Origin: Blastocatellia bacterium
Lineage (GTDB): Bacteria; Acidobacteriota; Blastocatellia; UBA7656
DNA length: 64,000 nt
Direction of reading: 5' to 3'
Assembly (NCBI GenBank): GCA_963765495.1
Contig: CAVXWP010000016.1
Span: forward strand, 96,001-160,000
The notes under the pieces are model-generated. The model searched no databases. It was not told where the DNA came from and saw nothing but the letters and a program-made list of their open reading frames with translations. Position numbers and translations under genes: made by a program. Below are positions 49,735-59,582 of this stretch, one piece after another. Positions within the stretch are counted from its first letter, which is position 1. The number at the start of each line of letters is the position of its first letter.

Positions 49735-51780
49735 ATTGATAAGCCGGGGGTTGTCTTCGGATTCGAGTTCGAGTGTTTCTTCTTCGACCGACCATACCTC
49801 AAGCAGTTCGCGGGGAATTTCGGTGATAAAACGCGAGGGCTTTTGAATGACGGTCTGACGCGACCAGTCGGTTACTACCAGCGGATAGCAGAGATAAAGC
49901 TCGTCTTTCGCTCGCGTGACGGCGACATAAAACAGGCGGCGCTCCTCTTCTTCGCTTTCCGGGTCTTTCAGGCTGCGAGCGGATGGGAACTTACCGTCTG
50001 CTGCCCAGATCAAAAACACGACCCGCCATTCGAGACCCTTGCCCTGATGTATAGAACTTAAAACCAGCTTTTCGTCTTCGTCGCCACCCATCACTACGTC
50101 TTCGGCAGTAGTCCCCTCGGGTGCGCCGAATCGCTCGGTGTTGACAAGCGCAAGCTCCGAAAGAAACTCTTCCGTAGATTCATACCGCGCGGCGTAATTG
50201 GCAAGCTGGCGCAAATCTTCCATCCGAAGGTCGGCATTCTCATAGCTGTTTTCAAGATGTTCCTGGTATCCGCTTGTAAGTATCAACTCGATCTGCGCCC
50301 CCGGACGGTCGAGGTACTCGGGGCTGACGAGAAGCTCCACGAGTCGAACAAAATCGCGCCACCCGATTGCAGCGCGCGGCTGCGCGTCGAAATCCGAGCG
50401 ACGAATGAGCGCAAGCGGCTCATCGACGTAGGCGATCCGTTCCCAGATTCGATTCGCCGTGGCGTTGCCGATCTTCGGTATGAGCTTTAAGACCCGCTTC
50501 CAGGCAAGCTCGTCGTGCGGGTTGACGATCAATCGTAAATAACAGATCACATCTTTTATGTGCGCCTGCTCAAAAAAACGCATCCCGGAACGAACTACAT
50601 AAGGAATATCGCGCCTGACAAGTTCGAGTTGAAGTTCGAGCGCGTGCCAGTGACTGCGATAGAGCACGGCGATTTCAGACAACTCAACGCCCTCTTCGCG
50701 CAATTCCAGTATGCGACCCGCGACAAAGGCGGCCTGCTGGTCCGTATCCTGTAGCGGAATCATCGCGGGCGTATTGCCCGCAGATTGCCGCGCGGCATGC
50801 AGGTTTTTTGGGAATTGTTTTCTGTTGTTTCTGATCGAAGCGTTTGCCAGAAAGACTATTTCAGGCCGCGAGCGATAGTTGGTCTCAAGATGATATTCCA
50901 AAGCATCGGGGTAGCGCTCTTTGAAGGTGTAGATGTTTGCGAAGTGCGCGCCTCGCCAGCCAAAGATCGATTGCGCATCATCGCCCACGACCATGATGTT
51001 GCGATGGCGGACGGCGAGCAGGTCAACGATCTCCGCCTGAATCTTGTTTGTGTCCTGATATTCATCTACGAGAATCTGCTCGAACTGCCCGGCCCAGTAC
51101 TCTCCGATCTCAGGCTTTTCGACAAGCAATCGCTTCCAGTTGATAAGCAGATCGTCGTAGTCCATCGAGTTGCGCTCAAGCTTCCGCGCCTGATAGATGC
51201 GGTCTACGCGCTCGATCTGCGTAGAGAGCAGCTCGAAGTGCGGATAATTCTGGATCAGGCAATCGCGGATCATCATATCGCGGTTGTTTGCAAAGCTGAT
51301 TATATCGCCGATGACTTCGGCTTTCGGGAAACGGCGCGCCTTCTGGTCTATGCCTGCTTCCTGAATCGAAGCCTCGATCATGTCGCGAGCGTCTTCGGAA
51401 TCGAGTATGGTGAAACTCTGTTGATAGCCAAGGGATTCAGCGTGACGGCGCAATATGCGATTTGCGATTGAGTGAAACGTGCCGCCCCAGATTCTTCGCA
51501 CGTCTGCCTGCACGAGCCCTTCGACCCTGTGCAGCATCTCGCGCGCGGCCTTGTTTGTGAAAGTCACAAGCAGGATATGAGCCGGGGCGATGCCGCTTTC
51601 GATCAACCGCGCCACCCTGTAAGTGACCGTGCGCGTTTTGCCCGATCCCGCGCCCGCTATCACAAGCATTGGCCCCGCGCCCGCCGTCACAACCCGGTAT
51701 TGCTCCTCGTTGAGATCGGCCTTGTAGTTGACCAGAAACTTGCGCGGCACATCGCGTTTTATTACATACCGCTTAGACAT
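49732..51780 (-). CDS. ATP-dependent DNA helicase UvrD/PcrA family
   Basis: AGAGSGKT, TFTNKAA, TFHS, VDEYQDTN, GDDAQSI, NYRS, KGLEW, EEERRLFYVAVTRA. Confidence 0.95.
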   Translation of the reverse strand: MSKRYVIKRDVPRKFLVNYKADLNEEQYRVVTAGAGPMLVIAGAGSGKTRTVTYRVARLIESGIAPAHILLVTFTNKAAREMLHRVEGLVQADVRRIWGGTFHSIANRILRRHAESLGYQQSFTILDSEDARDMIEASIQEAGIDQKARRFPKAEVIGDIISFANNRDMMIRDCLIQNYPHFELLSTQIERVDRIYQARKLERNSMDYDDLLINWKRLLVEKPEIGEYWAGQFEQILVDEYQDTNKIQAEIVDLLAVRHRNIMVVGDDAQSIFGWRGAHFANIYTFKERYPDALEYHLETNYRSRPEIVFLANASIRNNRKQFPKNLHAARQSAGNTPAMIPLQDTDQQAAFVAGRILELREEGVELSEIAVLYRSHWHALELQLELVRRDIPYVVRSGMRFFEQAHIKDVICYLRLIVNPHDELAWKRVLKLIPKIGNATANRIWERIAYVDEPLALIRRSDFDAQPRAAIGWRDFVRLVELLVSPEYLDRPGAQIELILTSGYQEHLENSYENADLRMEDLRQLANYAARYESTEEFLSELALVNTERFGAPEGTTAEDVVMGGDEDEKLVLSSIHQGKGLEWRVVFLIWAADGKFPSARSLKDPESEEEERRLFYVAVTRAKDELYLCYPLVVTDWSRQTVIQKPSRFITEIPRELLEVWSVEEETLELESEDNPRLIN

Positions 51781-52025
51781 AAAAAGTCTCTATATTCGAT
51801 TATAAACCACTACGGCTTAGTGATGGACCGAATATAGAGATTTGCCGCCGTTCGGTCAATCAAAGTGAGCCGCGCCCGCCTGCTCGCGTCCCGTGAAAAA
51901 CAAATGTAATAGTTTTGTATTATCAGCCTTTTTGAAGGGCTGAATTATTGTCTTTTAACATCTTACCGTTTAGGCTGGTACAGGGACGAATTAACTTTTG
52001 CCTGGCCCTCAACTAAGGAGAATCA

Positions 52026-52907
52026 ATGCTTGAAATAAAGACGCTACCACCAACCCTGCTCAACAAAGACGCAGACGCGGCGACCGATTATGTCGAGAAC
52101 AAAGACAAAATCTCGCCCAAGATCATACCTTTTATCTTCATGCATCTTGCCTGTATCGCGGTCATATTCGTCGGAGTCAGTCTTCCGGCAGTTCTGCTTT
52201 GCCTCGGGCTTTATGCGCTAAGGATGTTCGGACTGACCGCCGGATTTCACAGATATTTTTCCCATCGGACTTATAAGACGAGTCGGGTTTTTCAGTTTAT
52301 CATCGCTTTTATAGGCACACTGGCCGTGCAGAAGGGGCCGCTTTGGTGGGCGGCGCATCACCGTCGTCATCATAAGTACACCGATCAGGAAGGCGACGTT
52401 CATTCGCCCGTCCAGGACGGTTTCTGGTGGTCTCATGTCGGGTGGATTATCAGCACAAAATACGACCCCACGGACTGGAGCGCGATCAAAGATTTCGCTC
52501 AGTACCCGGAGCTTCGCCTGCTGAACAAATACAGCACGACTCCGGGCATAGCCCTTGCCGTGTTGTGTTTCTTAATCGGCGGATGGCAATTCCTGGTTTG
52601 GGGCTTTTTCGTAAGCACAGTGCTTTTGTATCACGGCACGTTTTCGGTCAATTCGCTCGCGCACATGTGGGGCAGCCGCCGCTTCAAATCAAACGACGAC
52701 AGTCGAAACAACTTCTGGATAGCGCTGTGGACCGGCGGCGAAGGCTGGCACAACAATCATCATCACTACATGTCATCGGTCAATCAGGGCTTTTACTGGT
52801 GGGAAGTTGATTTCACTTACTACACCCTGAAGGTGCTGTCGTGGTTCGGGATAGTCTGGGACATGCGCCGCCCGCCCGAACGCATTCTTGCCGAAGGCAA
52901 ACGCTAG
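52026..52907 (+). CDS. Acyl-CoA (delta-9) desaturase
   Basis: His boxes HRYFSH, HRRHH, HNNHH. Confidence 0.94.
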   Translation: MLEIKTLPPTLLNKDADAATDYVENKDKISPKIIPFIFMHLACIAVIFVGVSLPAVLLCLGLYALRMFGLTAGFHRYFSHRTYKTSRVFQFIIAFIGTLAVQKGPLWWAAHHRRHHKYTDQEGDVHSPVQDGFWWSHVGWIISTKYDPTDWSAIKDFAQYPELRLLNKYSTTPGIALAVLCFLIGGWQFLVWGFFVSTVLLYHGTFSVNSLAHMWGSRRFKSNDDSRNNFWIALWTGGEGWHNNHHHYMSSVNQGFYWWEVDFTYYTLKVLSWFGIVWDMRRPPERILAEGKR

Positions 52908-52910
52908 ATC

Positions 52911-53004
52911 ACGTGATGCGTGATTCGCGATGCGTGAAATTTAGAGAGCCTGCCTGTTAAAGACAACTTGCAAGCCCGGTAAATCACGCATCACGCATCA
53001 CGCA
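52911..53004. repeat. Inverted heptamer element CGTGATG/CATCACG (family C)
   Basis: cgtgatg-cgtgatt-cgcgatg-cgtga ... aatcacg-catcacg-catcacg-ca; supplies the TGA stop of the ROK gene. Confidence 0.88.
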
Positions 53005-53996
53005 TCATCCAATGTTTTTTTATCCTCCCACTCCTGTTGGACTTCTCGCGCAAGCATCGCCGCCCCGATTATTCCCGCATCATCGCCAAGCGCAGACCGC
53101 GCTATATTCACATCTTTTCTTATGGATTCGAAGACCACCTTGCGGGCGGCGCGATCAATGCGATGGATGAAATCATCGCTCATGGCTTCGATCATGCCCC
53201 CGCCGAGAACTATTATTTCAGGGCCGAGCAGATTGACCACGCTCCCCACGGCGATTCCTATGTATCGGGCCGCGTTGTGAATTACCTGCGTGACCACTTT
53301 ATCGCCCTCATCATAAGCCTTCCTGAGAGCGCTGCTCCGAAGAGCGCCGGGTTGTTTGTCGAGCAGTTTGGCCAGAGACGATTTCTCGCCGCGCTTAATG
53401 GCTTTTTTTATATCGCGCGTCATGGCTACACGGCTTGCAAGCGCTTCGAGGCAACCGCGAGCGCCGCAGCCGCAACGCGGGCCATCCGCCTCTATGACGA
53501 TGTGGCCTATTTCGCCCGCGTTCCCCGTGAAGCCGGTATAGAGCGCGCCGTTTAGGATCAGGCCGCCACCGATACCCGTTCCGATAAACATGCCCAGCAC
53601 GTCGCTTGCGCCGCGCGCCGCTCCGGCTTTGAATTCGCCGTATGTGCCCGCGTCCACATCGTTTGAGACGATTACGGCGCAACCGAACCTTTCGGCCATG
53701 AGAGGGCCGAGGGGGAAATTATTGAAATTCAAGTTGACGGATTCGATTATATAACCCGTCTTTGAATCGAGCGGGCCGGGTGAGCCTATGCCTATCGCGG
53801 CCAGATTTTGCGCCTCAACGCCCGCGCGGGCGAGGGCTTTTTGAGCGATGCCCGCGATGGTTTCGAATACTTCTTCGTTTGCGCGCCAGGCTTTTGTTTT
53901 TGCGCGTGCGCGGCCAGTGATGTGTCCCTCCCCGTCAATTACTCCCGCGCTGACCTTCGTTCCTCCAAGATCAATTCCCAGAACCTGTGATTGCAT
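52998..53996 (-). CDS. ROK family sugar kinase (glucokinase-like)
   Basis: GIDLGGT, GSPG, ND, GTGIGGG, GEIGH...CGCGARGCLE. Confidence 0.93.
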   Translation of the reverse strand: MQSQVLGIDLGGTKVSAGVIDGEGHITGRARAKTKAWRANEEVFETIAGIAQKALARAGVEAQNLAAIGIGSPGPLDSKTGYIIESVNLNFNNFPLGPLMAERFGCAVIVSNDVDAGTYGEFKAGAARGASDVLGMFIGTGIGGGLILNGALYTGFTGNAGEIGHIVIEADGPRCGCGARGCLEALASRVAMTRDIKKAIKRGEKSSLAKLLDKQPGALRSSALRKAYDEGDKVVTQVIHNAARYIGIAVGSVVNLLGPEIIVLGGGMIEAMSDDFIHRIDRAARKVVFESIRKDVNIARSALGDDAGIIGAAMLAREVQQEWEDKKTLDDA

Positions 53997-54110
53997 AGGG
54001 TCTTCTCATAGCCTTCATTCGATAAAATAAGAGCAGGGCTAATATAAAAGCGCCGCGCGCAATTGTCTATGCGGTTTCTGACGGATGGGTCTTTATCGCC
54101 CGGCCTCGGT

Positions 54111-54380
54111 TCAGGCATCGAGCCTGTAGCCGGGATCAATCTGTTGAAACCCCAGCAGGATTTCGTGTACGTCGAATGGATTGGTGTTCTGGCCCGTAAA
54201 AATGGGCCTCAGGACCTGGAAGATGTGTTCTATTCCCTGAGCATCGTCCATGTCGGCGTCAATTATGAATTCCAGAGTCTCGGGATTGCTGAAGAATGTG
54301 AGCTGGAGGTTACCGTAGAGGTCCGGCGTCTTCAGCGAATCGGATGACTTGAAGCCCGGCGGCGGGAGGAGTTTTGGTGT
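54111..54380 (-). pseudogene. Probable 5'-truncated remnant (C-terminus of a larger conserved hypothetical protein)
   Basis: PPPGF...KTPDLYGNLQLTFF...DADMDDAQGIEHIFQVL...TNPFDVHEIL...DPGYRL resembles C-termini I recall from longer proteins; the ORF's N-terminal 25 aa look unrelated. Confidence 0.45.
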
Positions 54381-54500
54381 CACGAGAAGGGGTAAGCATT
54401 CAAGGCAGTAATCACAGCTTTTCGCACACTTCAACGGTTTATTTCTACCCGCCATCTAGCCTAGACGGGTTTTTGCGCGCGAATTCTGCAAATGTTTTTT

Positions 54501-54639
54501 CAGTAGGCAGCAGGCAGTAGGCAGTTATCGGAGTCGGGTGCCAACTACTCATATCCATACCCGGCCTCCTGCCTTTAGCTTCCCGGGTTAGCATGATTTA
54601 TCGGTTTATTACAAACTGCCTACTGCCTACTGCCTACTG
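54501..54639. repeat. Inverted heptamer element CAGTAGG/CCTACTG, 139 bp
   Basis: cagtagg-cagcagg-cagtagg-cag ... actgcct x3-actg; spacer 24/30 identical to the copy at 3575-3711. Confidence 0.9.
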
Positions 54640-54642
54640 TTT

Positions 54643-55467
54643 TTAGTGTACACCCAATCTTTCGGCCGTTTCGCGATCAATGCGCCCGGTCACAGGTAGA
54701 TTGCTGTCACGCTGAAATTGGCGGAGCGCCCCGCGAGTCCGCGTACCCATCAGCCCGTCGGCCGGGCCGGCGTTGTAGCCCTTTTGATTAAGCTCGCGCT
54801 GCACCTCCATGATGGTCGCGCGAGTGACGTGGAAGCTATCATAGCCTTCTTCAGAAGCTCGACCCGTCGTTTTGAGTGCGCGGATTTCTATCTCCGTGCC
54901 GGAATCGAGTCTCAACTCTTTTTCGCCGTCAATGACAAGCGAGCCTGCTCCCGCGCCGCCGCCTAAGAGGATTCCTATCGCGGCTCCTTTGCCGCCGCCA
55001 ATCAACCCGCCCAGCACGCCGCCTACGGCAGCGCCGATGGCCCCGCGCTTGATTGCCTGTTTGCCACGGCTGCCGGATTCGATATGGCCCTCTTCATCGA
55101 CTACCTTGACGGATTCGGACTGGCGCACCTCCATCAACTCTGCGCTGAGCGGAGATGTTCGCCCGCCCGGCAGTTCTATTGAATCGAAAACCAGAGACAT
55201 CTCCGTCTTGCCTTTGACCTTGCCCGATTCTTTTATCTGAGCGATATGACCGTGCACCGTGCCGTTTTCGTATTCGAGCGGCGAGATGATCGTCCCCGTG
55301 AAACGGTCTCCGGCGCGGCTCGTCTTGCTGCTGATCCCGTTATTGAGTTTCATCAATATGCGAGTCCGAGCCGGCACAGGCAGCTTCTGAACCGGCGCGG
55401 CGAACATCGGCAGCGCAAGAAACGCCAGGGTGATGATTGATAAGATGCCCGTACGGTAATTCTTCAT
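54643..55467 (-). CDS. Secreted protein: VirB10/TrbI-like beta domain, glycine zipper, peptidoglycan-binding domain
   Basis: Signal peptide; LNNGISSKTSRAGDRF; GAAVGGVLGGLIGGGKGAAIG; VQRELNQKGY...DGLMG...ALRQFQ...TG. Confidence 0.8.
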   Translation of the reverse strand: MKNYRTGILSIITLAFLALPMFAAPVQKLPVPARTRILMKLNNGISSKTSRAGDRFTGTIISPLEYENGTVHGHIAQIKESGKVKGKTEMSLVFDSIELPGGRTSPLSAELMEVRQSESVKVVDEEGHIESGSRGKQAIKRGAIGAAVGGVLGGLIGGGKGAAIGILLGGGAGAGSLVIDGEKELRLDSGTEIEIRALKTTGRASEEGYDSFHVTRATIMEVQRELNQKGYNAGPADGLMGTRTRGALRQFQRDSNLPVTGRIDRETAERLGVH

Positions 55468-55682
55468 AATTCGCCTCCTTCTGGTTGCTCTTTGATTAAG
55501 CTCTTCAAAGCTCTTTCGGTTGAATCGCGCTCATAGTTTTCACTCGATCTGCTTATCATTATGTTATCACATGCCTTTCGACAACCGGCTGAAACGCTTC
55601 TCGTTGCCAATTAAAAATACGCCTTAAAGAGGATGCGCACAGCGGGCAAAAAGATTTCTGCGGTTCAAATAAATATCGCAGA

Positions 55683-56636
55683 TTACATCAGCGCCTGTTT
55701 CAAGTGCTCGAGTGAAGTGTTGCCGCCCGAACAGACCATTCCCACCCTTTTTCCCGCAAGTTCCTCGCGCATCGCGTAGATCACGGCCAGCGCCGCCGCC
55801 CCCGCCCCTTCGGCAAGCGTATGCGCGCGCTCGATCATCCACACCATCGCTCGTTTTATCTCTTCATCACTCGTCAGGCGAAAATCAGCAAGCCGATCCC
55901 ACAGGATCATCTGCGGCAAAGCGAAGGCCGTGCCCGTCGCAATCCCCTCGGCAAAGGTGTGATTCGGCGCTTCTACAAGTCGGCGCTCCTTCCACGAATT
56001 GTAGGCAGCGGGCGAGCTCTCCGATTGGACTCCCACGACGCGAATGCCGGGATTGACGGCTTCCGCAGCAATCGCAACACCGGCGGCACCGCTGCCTCCG
56101 CCCACGGGCACAAAGATAAGGTCGAGGCCCGGTTCGTCTTCGAGCATCTCTAAAGCCTCGGTTGCGACCCCGGCAATCAGCAGAGGTTCGTCGCCCGAAT
56201 GGATGTAGCGATAGCCTCGCTCGGCGGCAAGCGATTCGCAATGGAGGCGCGCATCGTCGAATTTTTCGCCGTGAAAAATCACCTCGGCCCCAAGCCCGCC
56301 GATAGCGGCCACCTTGCCGGGATTAGCCGCTTCCGGCACCACTATGCGAGCTTCGACTCCAAACAATCTGGCAGCGTAAGCCACCGACTGCCCGTGATTG
56401 CCGGTCGAGGCGGCGATCACTCCGCGCGCGCGCTCCTTCGGGCTTAACTGTGAAATCAGGTTTATGCCGCCGCGCACTTTGAAAGCGCCCGTTGGCTGAT
56501 AGTTTTCGTGTTTGATAAAGACCTCGGTGCCGATCAAATCATTGATCGCCGGGTATGAGTGCAGAGGCGTGCGCAACAGATAAGGCTCGATCCGTTTGCG
56601 AGCCATCAGCACATCTTGAAAATCCGGTATTTTCAT
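55683..56636 (-). CDS. Threonine/serine dehydratase (PLP-dependent)
   Basis: KHENYQPTGAFKVRG, STGNHG, VGGGSG, SGGN. Confidence 0.93.
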   Translation of the reverse strand: MKIPDFQDVLMARKRIEPYLLRTPLHSYPAINDLIGTEVFIKHENYQPTGAFKVRGGINLISQLSPKERARGVIAASTGNHGQSVAYAARLFGVEARIVVPEAANPGKVAAIGGLGAEVIFHGEKFDDARLHCESLAAERGYRYIHSGDEPLLIAGVATEALEMLEDEPGLDLIFVPVGGGSGAAGVAIAAEAVNPGIRVVGVQSESSPAAYNSWKERRLVEAPNHTFAEGIATGTAFALPQMILWDRLADFRLTSDEEIKRAMVWMIERAHTLAEGAGAAALAVIYAMREELAGKRVGMVCSGGNTSLEHLKQALM

Positions 56637-57385
56637 AGCTCGATCTCCTTTTCCAGATCACTGCGTCTTCCGGCCAGGTGAAAGAACACATCTTCAAACG
56701 GCGCGTCGGCAAGTCCGGTCAAGACTCGCAAATCAGAGGGCGCGTCATTGGCTACCAGACGACCCGTGCGCATTATGGCCACGCGATCCGAGACGCGCTC
56801 GACAAAACTCATCACGTGCGAAGAGACAAGCACGGCGCGGCCCTGCCTGCTTTCGGCTTCTATTCTGAGCCTCAGATTGCGCATCATCTCTACATCCAAA
56901 CCGTTGAGCGGTTCGTCGAGCACAACCACATCGGGCGAGCCGATCATAGCCGCCGCAAGCCCAAGCTTTTTACGCATACCGAGCGAGTAACCGCCTACGA
57001 GTTTATCCTTGGCTTGCGTAAGCTCAAAAAAATCGAGTTCTTCGGGGATAGTCTCGCCGCTGATCTCCTTCAGACCGGCTACTAGATGCAGGTATTCGCT
57101 GCCCGTCAATTGTTCGTACAGTATAAGCTCTTCGGGCAGGTAGCCGAGATGTCGTTTGGCCGTAGGCATCTGACTCGTCAGCGCCTCGCCGTGGATAAAG
57201 ACCTTTCCCGCGTCAGGTTCTGTGATGCCGACGATCATACGTATCAAGGTAGATTTGCCCGCGCCGTTTGCGCCTACCAGCCCGCAGACCTGTCCGGCAG
57301 GAATGTCGAGGCTTACCTCATTGACCGCCGTGATGTCGCCGTATCGCTTTGTGACCGCGTCAACTCTTATCAGGCTTTCGCTCAA
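56633..57385 (-). CDS. ABC transporter ATP-binding protein
   Basis: GANGAGKST, YSLGM, LDEP, SSH; TTG start overlapping the upstream TGA. Confidence 0.92.
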   Translation of the reverse strand: MSESLIRVDAVTKRYGDITAVNEVSLDIPAGQVCGLVGANGAGKSTLIRMIVGITEPDAGKVFIHGEALTSQMPTAKRHLGYLPEELILYEQLTGSEYLHLVAGLKEISGETIPEELDFFELTQAKDKLVGGYSLGMRKKLGLAAAMIGSPDVVVLDEPLNGLDVEMMRNLRLRIEAESRQGRAVLVSSHVMSFVERVSDRVAIMRTGRLVANDAPSDLRVLTGLADAPFEDVFFHLAGRRSDLEKEIEL

Positions 57386-58893
57386 TCGTCCTCCGTAATC
57401 AGATAGTACCTGACTCTTGCCCGCCCGCGTTCGGGCAAACCGTGCATCGCCTGAAAGTATATTATTATCCCGAAAGGCCATAACAAAGCCGCGAGGGCTC
57501 CGCCCGCAAGCCCGACTGTCACCATAAAGATGATCGCAAGACCGGGCCGGTTCGGCATCTCGAATGAAAGCGAGCCCATGAGGGAACTGACCAGCCACCA
57601 CAGAAACAGAGACTCGGCAAGCAAGGGTATCGCGTAATAGAGCGGGACCTCCGCGCTGACAAACCCCAGCAGCCACACGATGATTGGCGCAGGCGCGCTC
57701 ACCATTCGCGTGTACCAGAGCTTTGCCTGCCATATCTCGAGACCGGTAGTGCCGAGCGAGCGTTCAAGCCAGAGATGAGGCAGTTCGTATGCCACAAGCA
57801 CCGGGGTCAGAGCCGAAAGTGACACCACAACAAGCGCGCAGCCCGCTTTCACGGCCATCACGGAAGGCCGCCATGTCGCGTTGAACCCGCTTGCGTCGTC
57901 GGGGCCGAGCGGTATAACGCTCGCCGCAAGAGGCAGCAGCCGCGCCGTGAGCGCGATGAAAAGCGCAAAGAGCCAGAGCACAGAGATGCCCAGTGCCACA
58001 TACACGGCAGATGAAAACGCCCTCACCGTCAATTGCAGATCACGAGCCAGTTCGGCCGCCACCTTCGCTCCAAACCAGCGCCTGAAAATCCTCACGCTAA
58101 AGATGCTGCGGCGATTCGCATCCTGTAGCCGCTTGACAAACTCGATGTCTGCCGCTCGCCAGCGCGCGTGCAGCCTTTGCGTTATCAGATAGACGAGCGC
58201 GCACAAGAATGCGCTCGCAGCCATTGATAATACGCCCGTGAGACGCGAGACCGAATTCGGCTCAAGCGAGAGCACAAGCAACTCTCCCGCTGCAATTGAA
58301 GTAAAAATTATGATGACAAGCGCGATTGCTGCCGCTCGCAGATTTCGCCTATGGCCCCAGTGAATCCAGTTTAGCCCGGCAAACAATTGCGTGAGCGCCG
58401 TGAGGATGACAAATAACGCGAGAGGCGGCAGGCTTCGCGGATTTGTCAAAGCGGTTTCGCCTGAAAGCGACCAGACTTCAATGACAACCACGCCCGCGAC
58501 AAGGGTTCGGGTGATGCGAATTGCGAGCGCGGCATTTAGGTGAAGGGCGGGAGAGAGGGGAAAAGATTCGAAAAATGATTCCGGTCGCTTGAGATGATAA
58601 ATCTCGATGCTCGCGCGCGACAGGTTGAGCGCCGTCAGACAAAGCACAAACAGCGTCGCAAGCGACAGGGCGAGCCCGAGCGAAGGCCGCCACGCGGGAA
58701 GATTATCTGAGAGGCGGCTTATTGTGAACCAGGTGAGCCCGAGAACCACAGGGCCAAGCACAAGCCAGGTGTAAATATGCCGGACGGCCCATCTAAACTC
58801 TGAGCGAAGCGCCGCACCCACGAGCAATTTGAAAGGATGAAGGATGTTCGGAAGGATGAAGGATGAGCGATGAAAAGAACTGTGAGGAGGCAT
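57382..58893 (-). CDS. Polytopic membrane protein, putative ABC exporter permease (start uncertain)
   Basis: About 12 TM segments, coupled to the ABC ATPase; the first ~21 aa come from a heptamer repeat; alternative TTG/GTG starts near 58823-58829. Confidence 0.75.
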   Translation of the reverse strand: MPPHSSFHRSSFILPNILHPFKLLVGAALRSEFRWAVRHIYTWLVLGPVVLGLTWFTISRLSDNLPAWRPSLGLALSLATLFVLCLTALNLSRASIEIYHLKRPESFFESFPLSPALHLNAALAIRITRTLVAGVVVIEVWSLSGETALTNPRSLPPLALFVILTALTQLFAGLNWIHWGHRRNLRAAAIALVIIIFTSIAAGELLVLSLEPNSVSRLTGVLSMAASAFLCALVYLITQRLHARWRAADIEFVKRLQDANRRSIFSVRIFRRWFGAKVAAELARDLQLTVRAFSSAVYVALGISVLWLFALFIALTARLLPLAASVIPLGPDDASGFNATWRPSVMAVKAGCALVVVSLSALTPVLVAYELPHLWLERSLGTTGLEIWQAKLWYTRMVSAPAPIIVWLLGFVSAEVPLYYAIPLLAESLFLWWLVSSLMGSLSFEMPNRPGLAIIFMVTVGLAGGALAALLWPFGIIIYFQAMHGLPERGRARVRYYLITEDD

Positions 58894-58975
58894 TTCGTTA
58901 CCTGGCCAATCGCATGAAGCAGATTATGTCAACATGCTCCTTTTCATCCCTCATCCCTCATCCCTCATCCCTCAT
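58833..58975. repeat. Inverted heptamer element GGATGAA/TCATCCC (family E)
   Basis: aggatga-aggatg...aggatga-aggatga-gcgatga ... tcatccc x4-tcat; supplies the TGA stop of the FKBP gene. Confidence 0.85.
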
Positions 58976-59487
58976 TGGATTCCAAGCAGTTCGACTTCGA
59001 AGGTAAGCGGAGCATTGGGCGGTATTAAGGGTGGTTTTCCTGCCGCACCATAGGCGAGGTTGTAAGGGATCATCAGCTTGCGTTTGCCGCCTACTTTCAT
59101 CGTCATTATGCCTTCGTCCCAACCTTTGATGACCGCGCCAGTGCCGATCCTGAATGTAATCGGCTCTCCACTGTCTAACGAACTTTGAAATTTCGTTCCG
59201 TTTTCAAGCCAGCCCGTATAATGCACGGAGACGGTCTGGCCCGGCTTCGGGGTCTCTCCTGTGCCTTCGACAAGGTCAATGTATTTCAACCCCGAATCGG
59301 TAGTGACTATGTGATTGCCGCGTGTGAGCAAAAAGGCCGCCGCGCCAACTGCGAGCACGCCGATCACCACGGCTGCGATTATGATATATCGAGTCGTTTT
59401 TTTCTGCTTCGATCTCCTGCCCGAAGCATAGACCTGTCTGGAGGATATTCCGCCCTTTCCGGACTTTCTTTTGCGACTTTGTGGCAA
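58972..59487 (-). CDS. FKBP-type peptidyl-prolyl isomerase with N-terminal membrane anchor
   Basis: [40 protein letters not shown]. Confidence 0.94.
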   Translation of the reverse strand: MPQSRKRKSGKGGISSRQVYASGRRSKQKKTTRYIIIAAVVIGVLAVGAAAFLLTRGNHIVTTDSGLKYIDLVEGTGETPKPGQTVSVHYTGWLENGTKFQSSLDSGEPITFRIGTGAVIKGWDEGIMTMKVGGKRKLMIPYNLAYGAAGKPPLIPPNAPLTFEVELLGIQ

Positions 59488-59582
59488 CTCTCATACTCCT
59501 TTGAAACTAAGATAAAACCGGCCGAGCCGAAGAGTTATACCCGATTGCTCTATGCCGGTTCAATTCAAACGGCGACCCGGCG

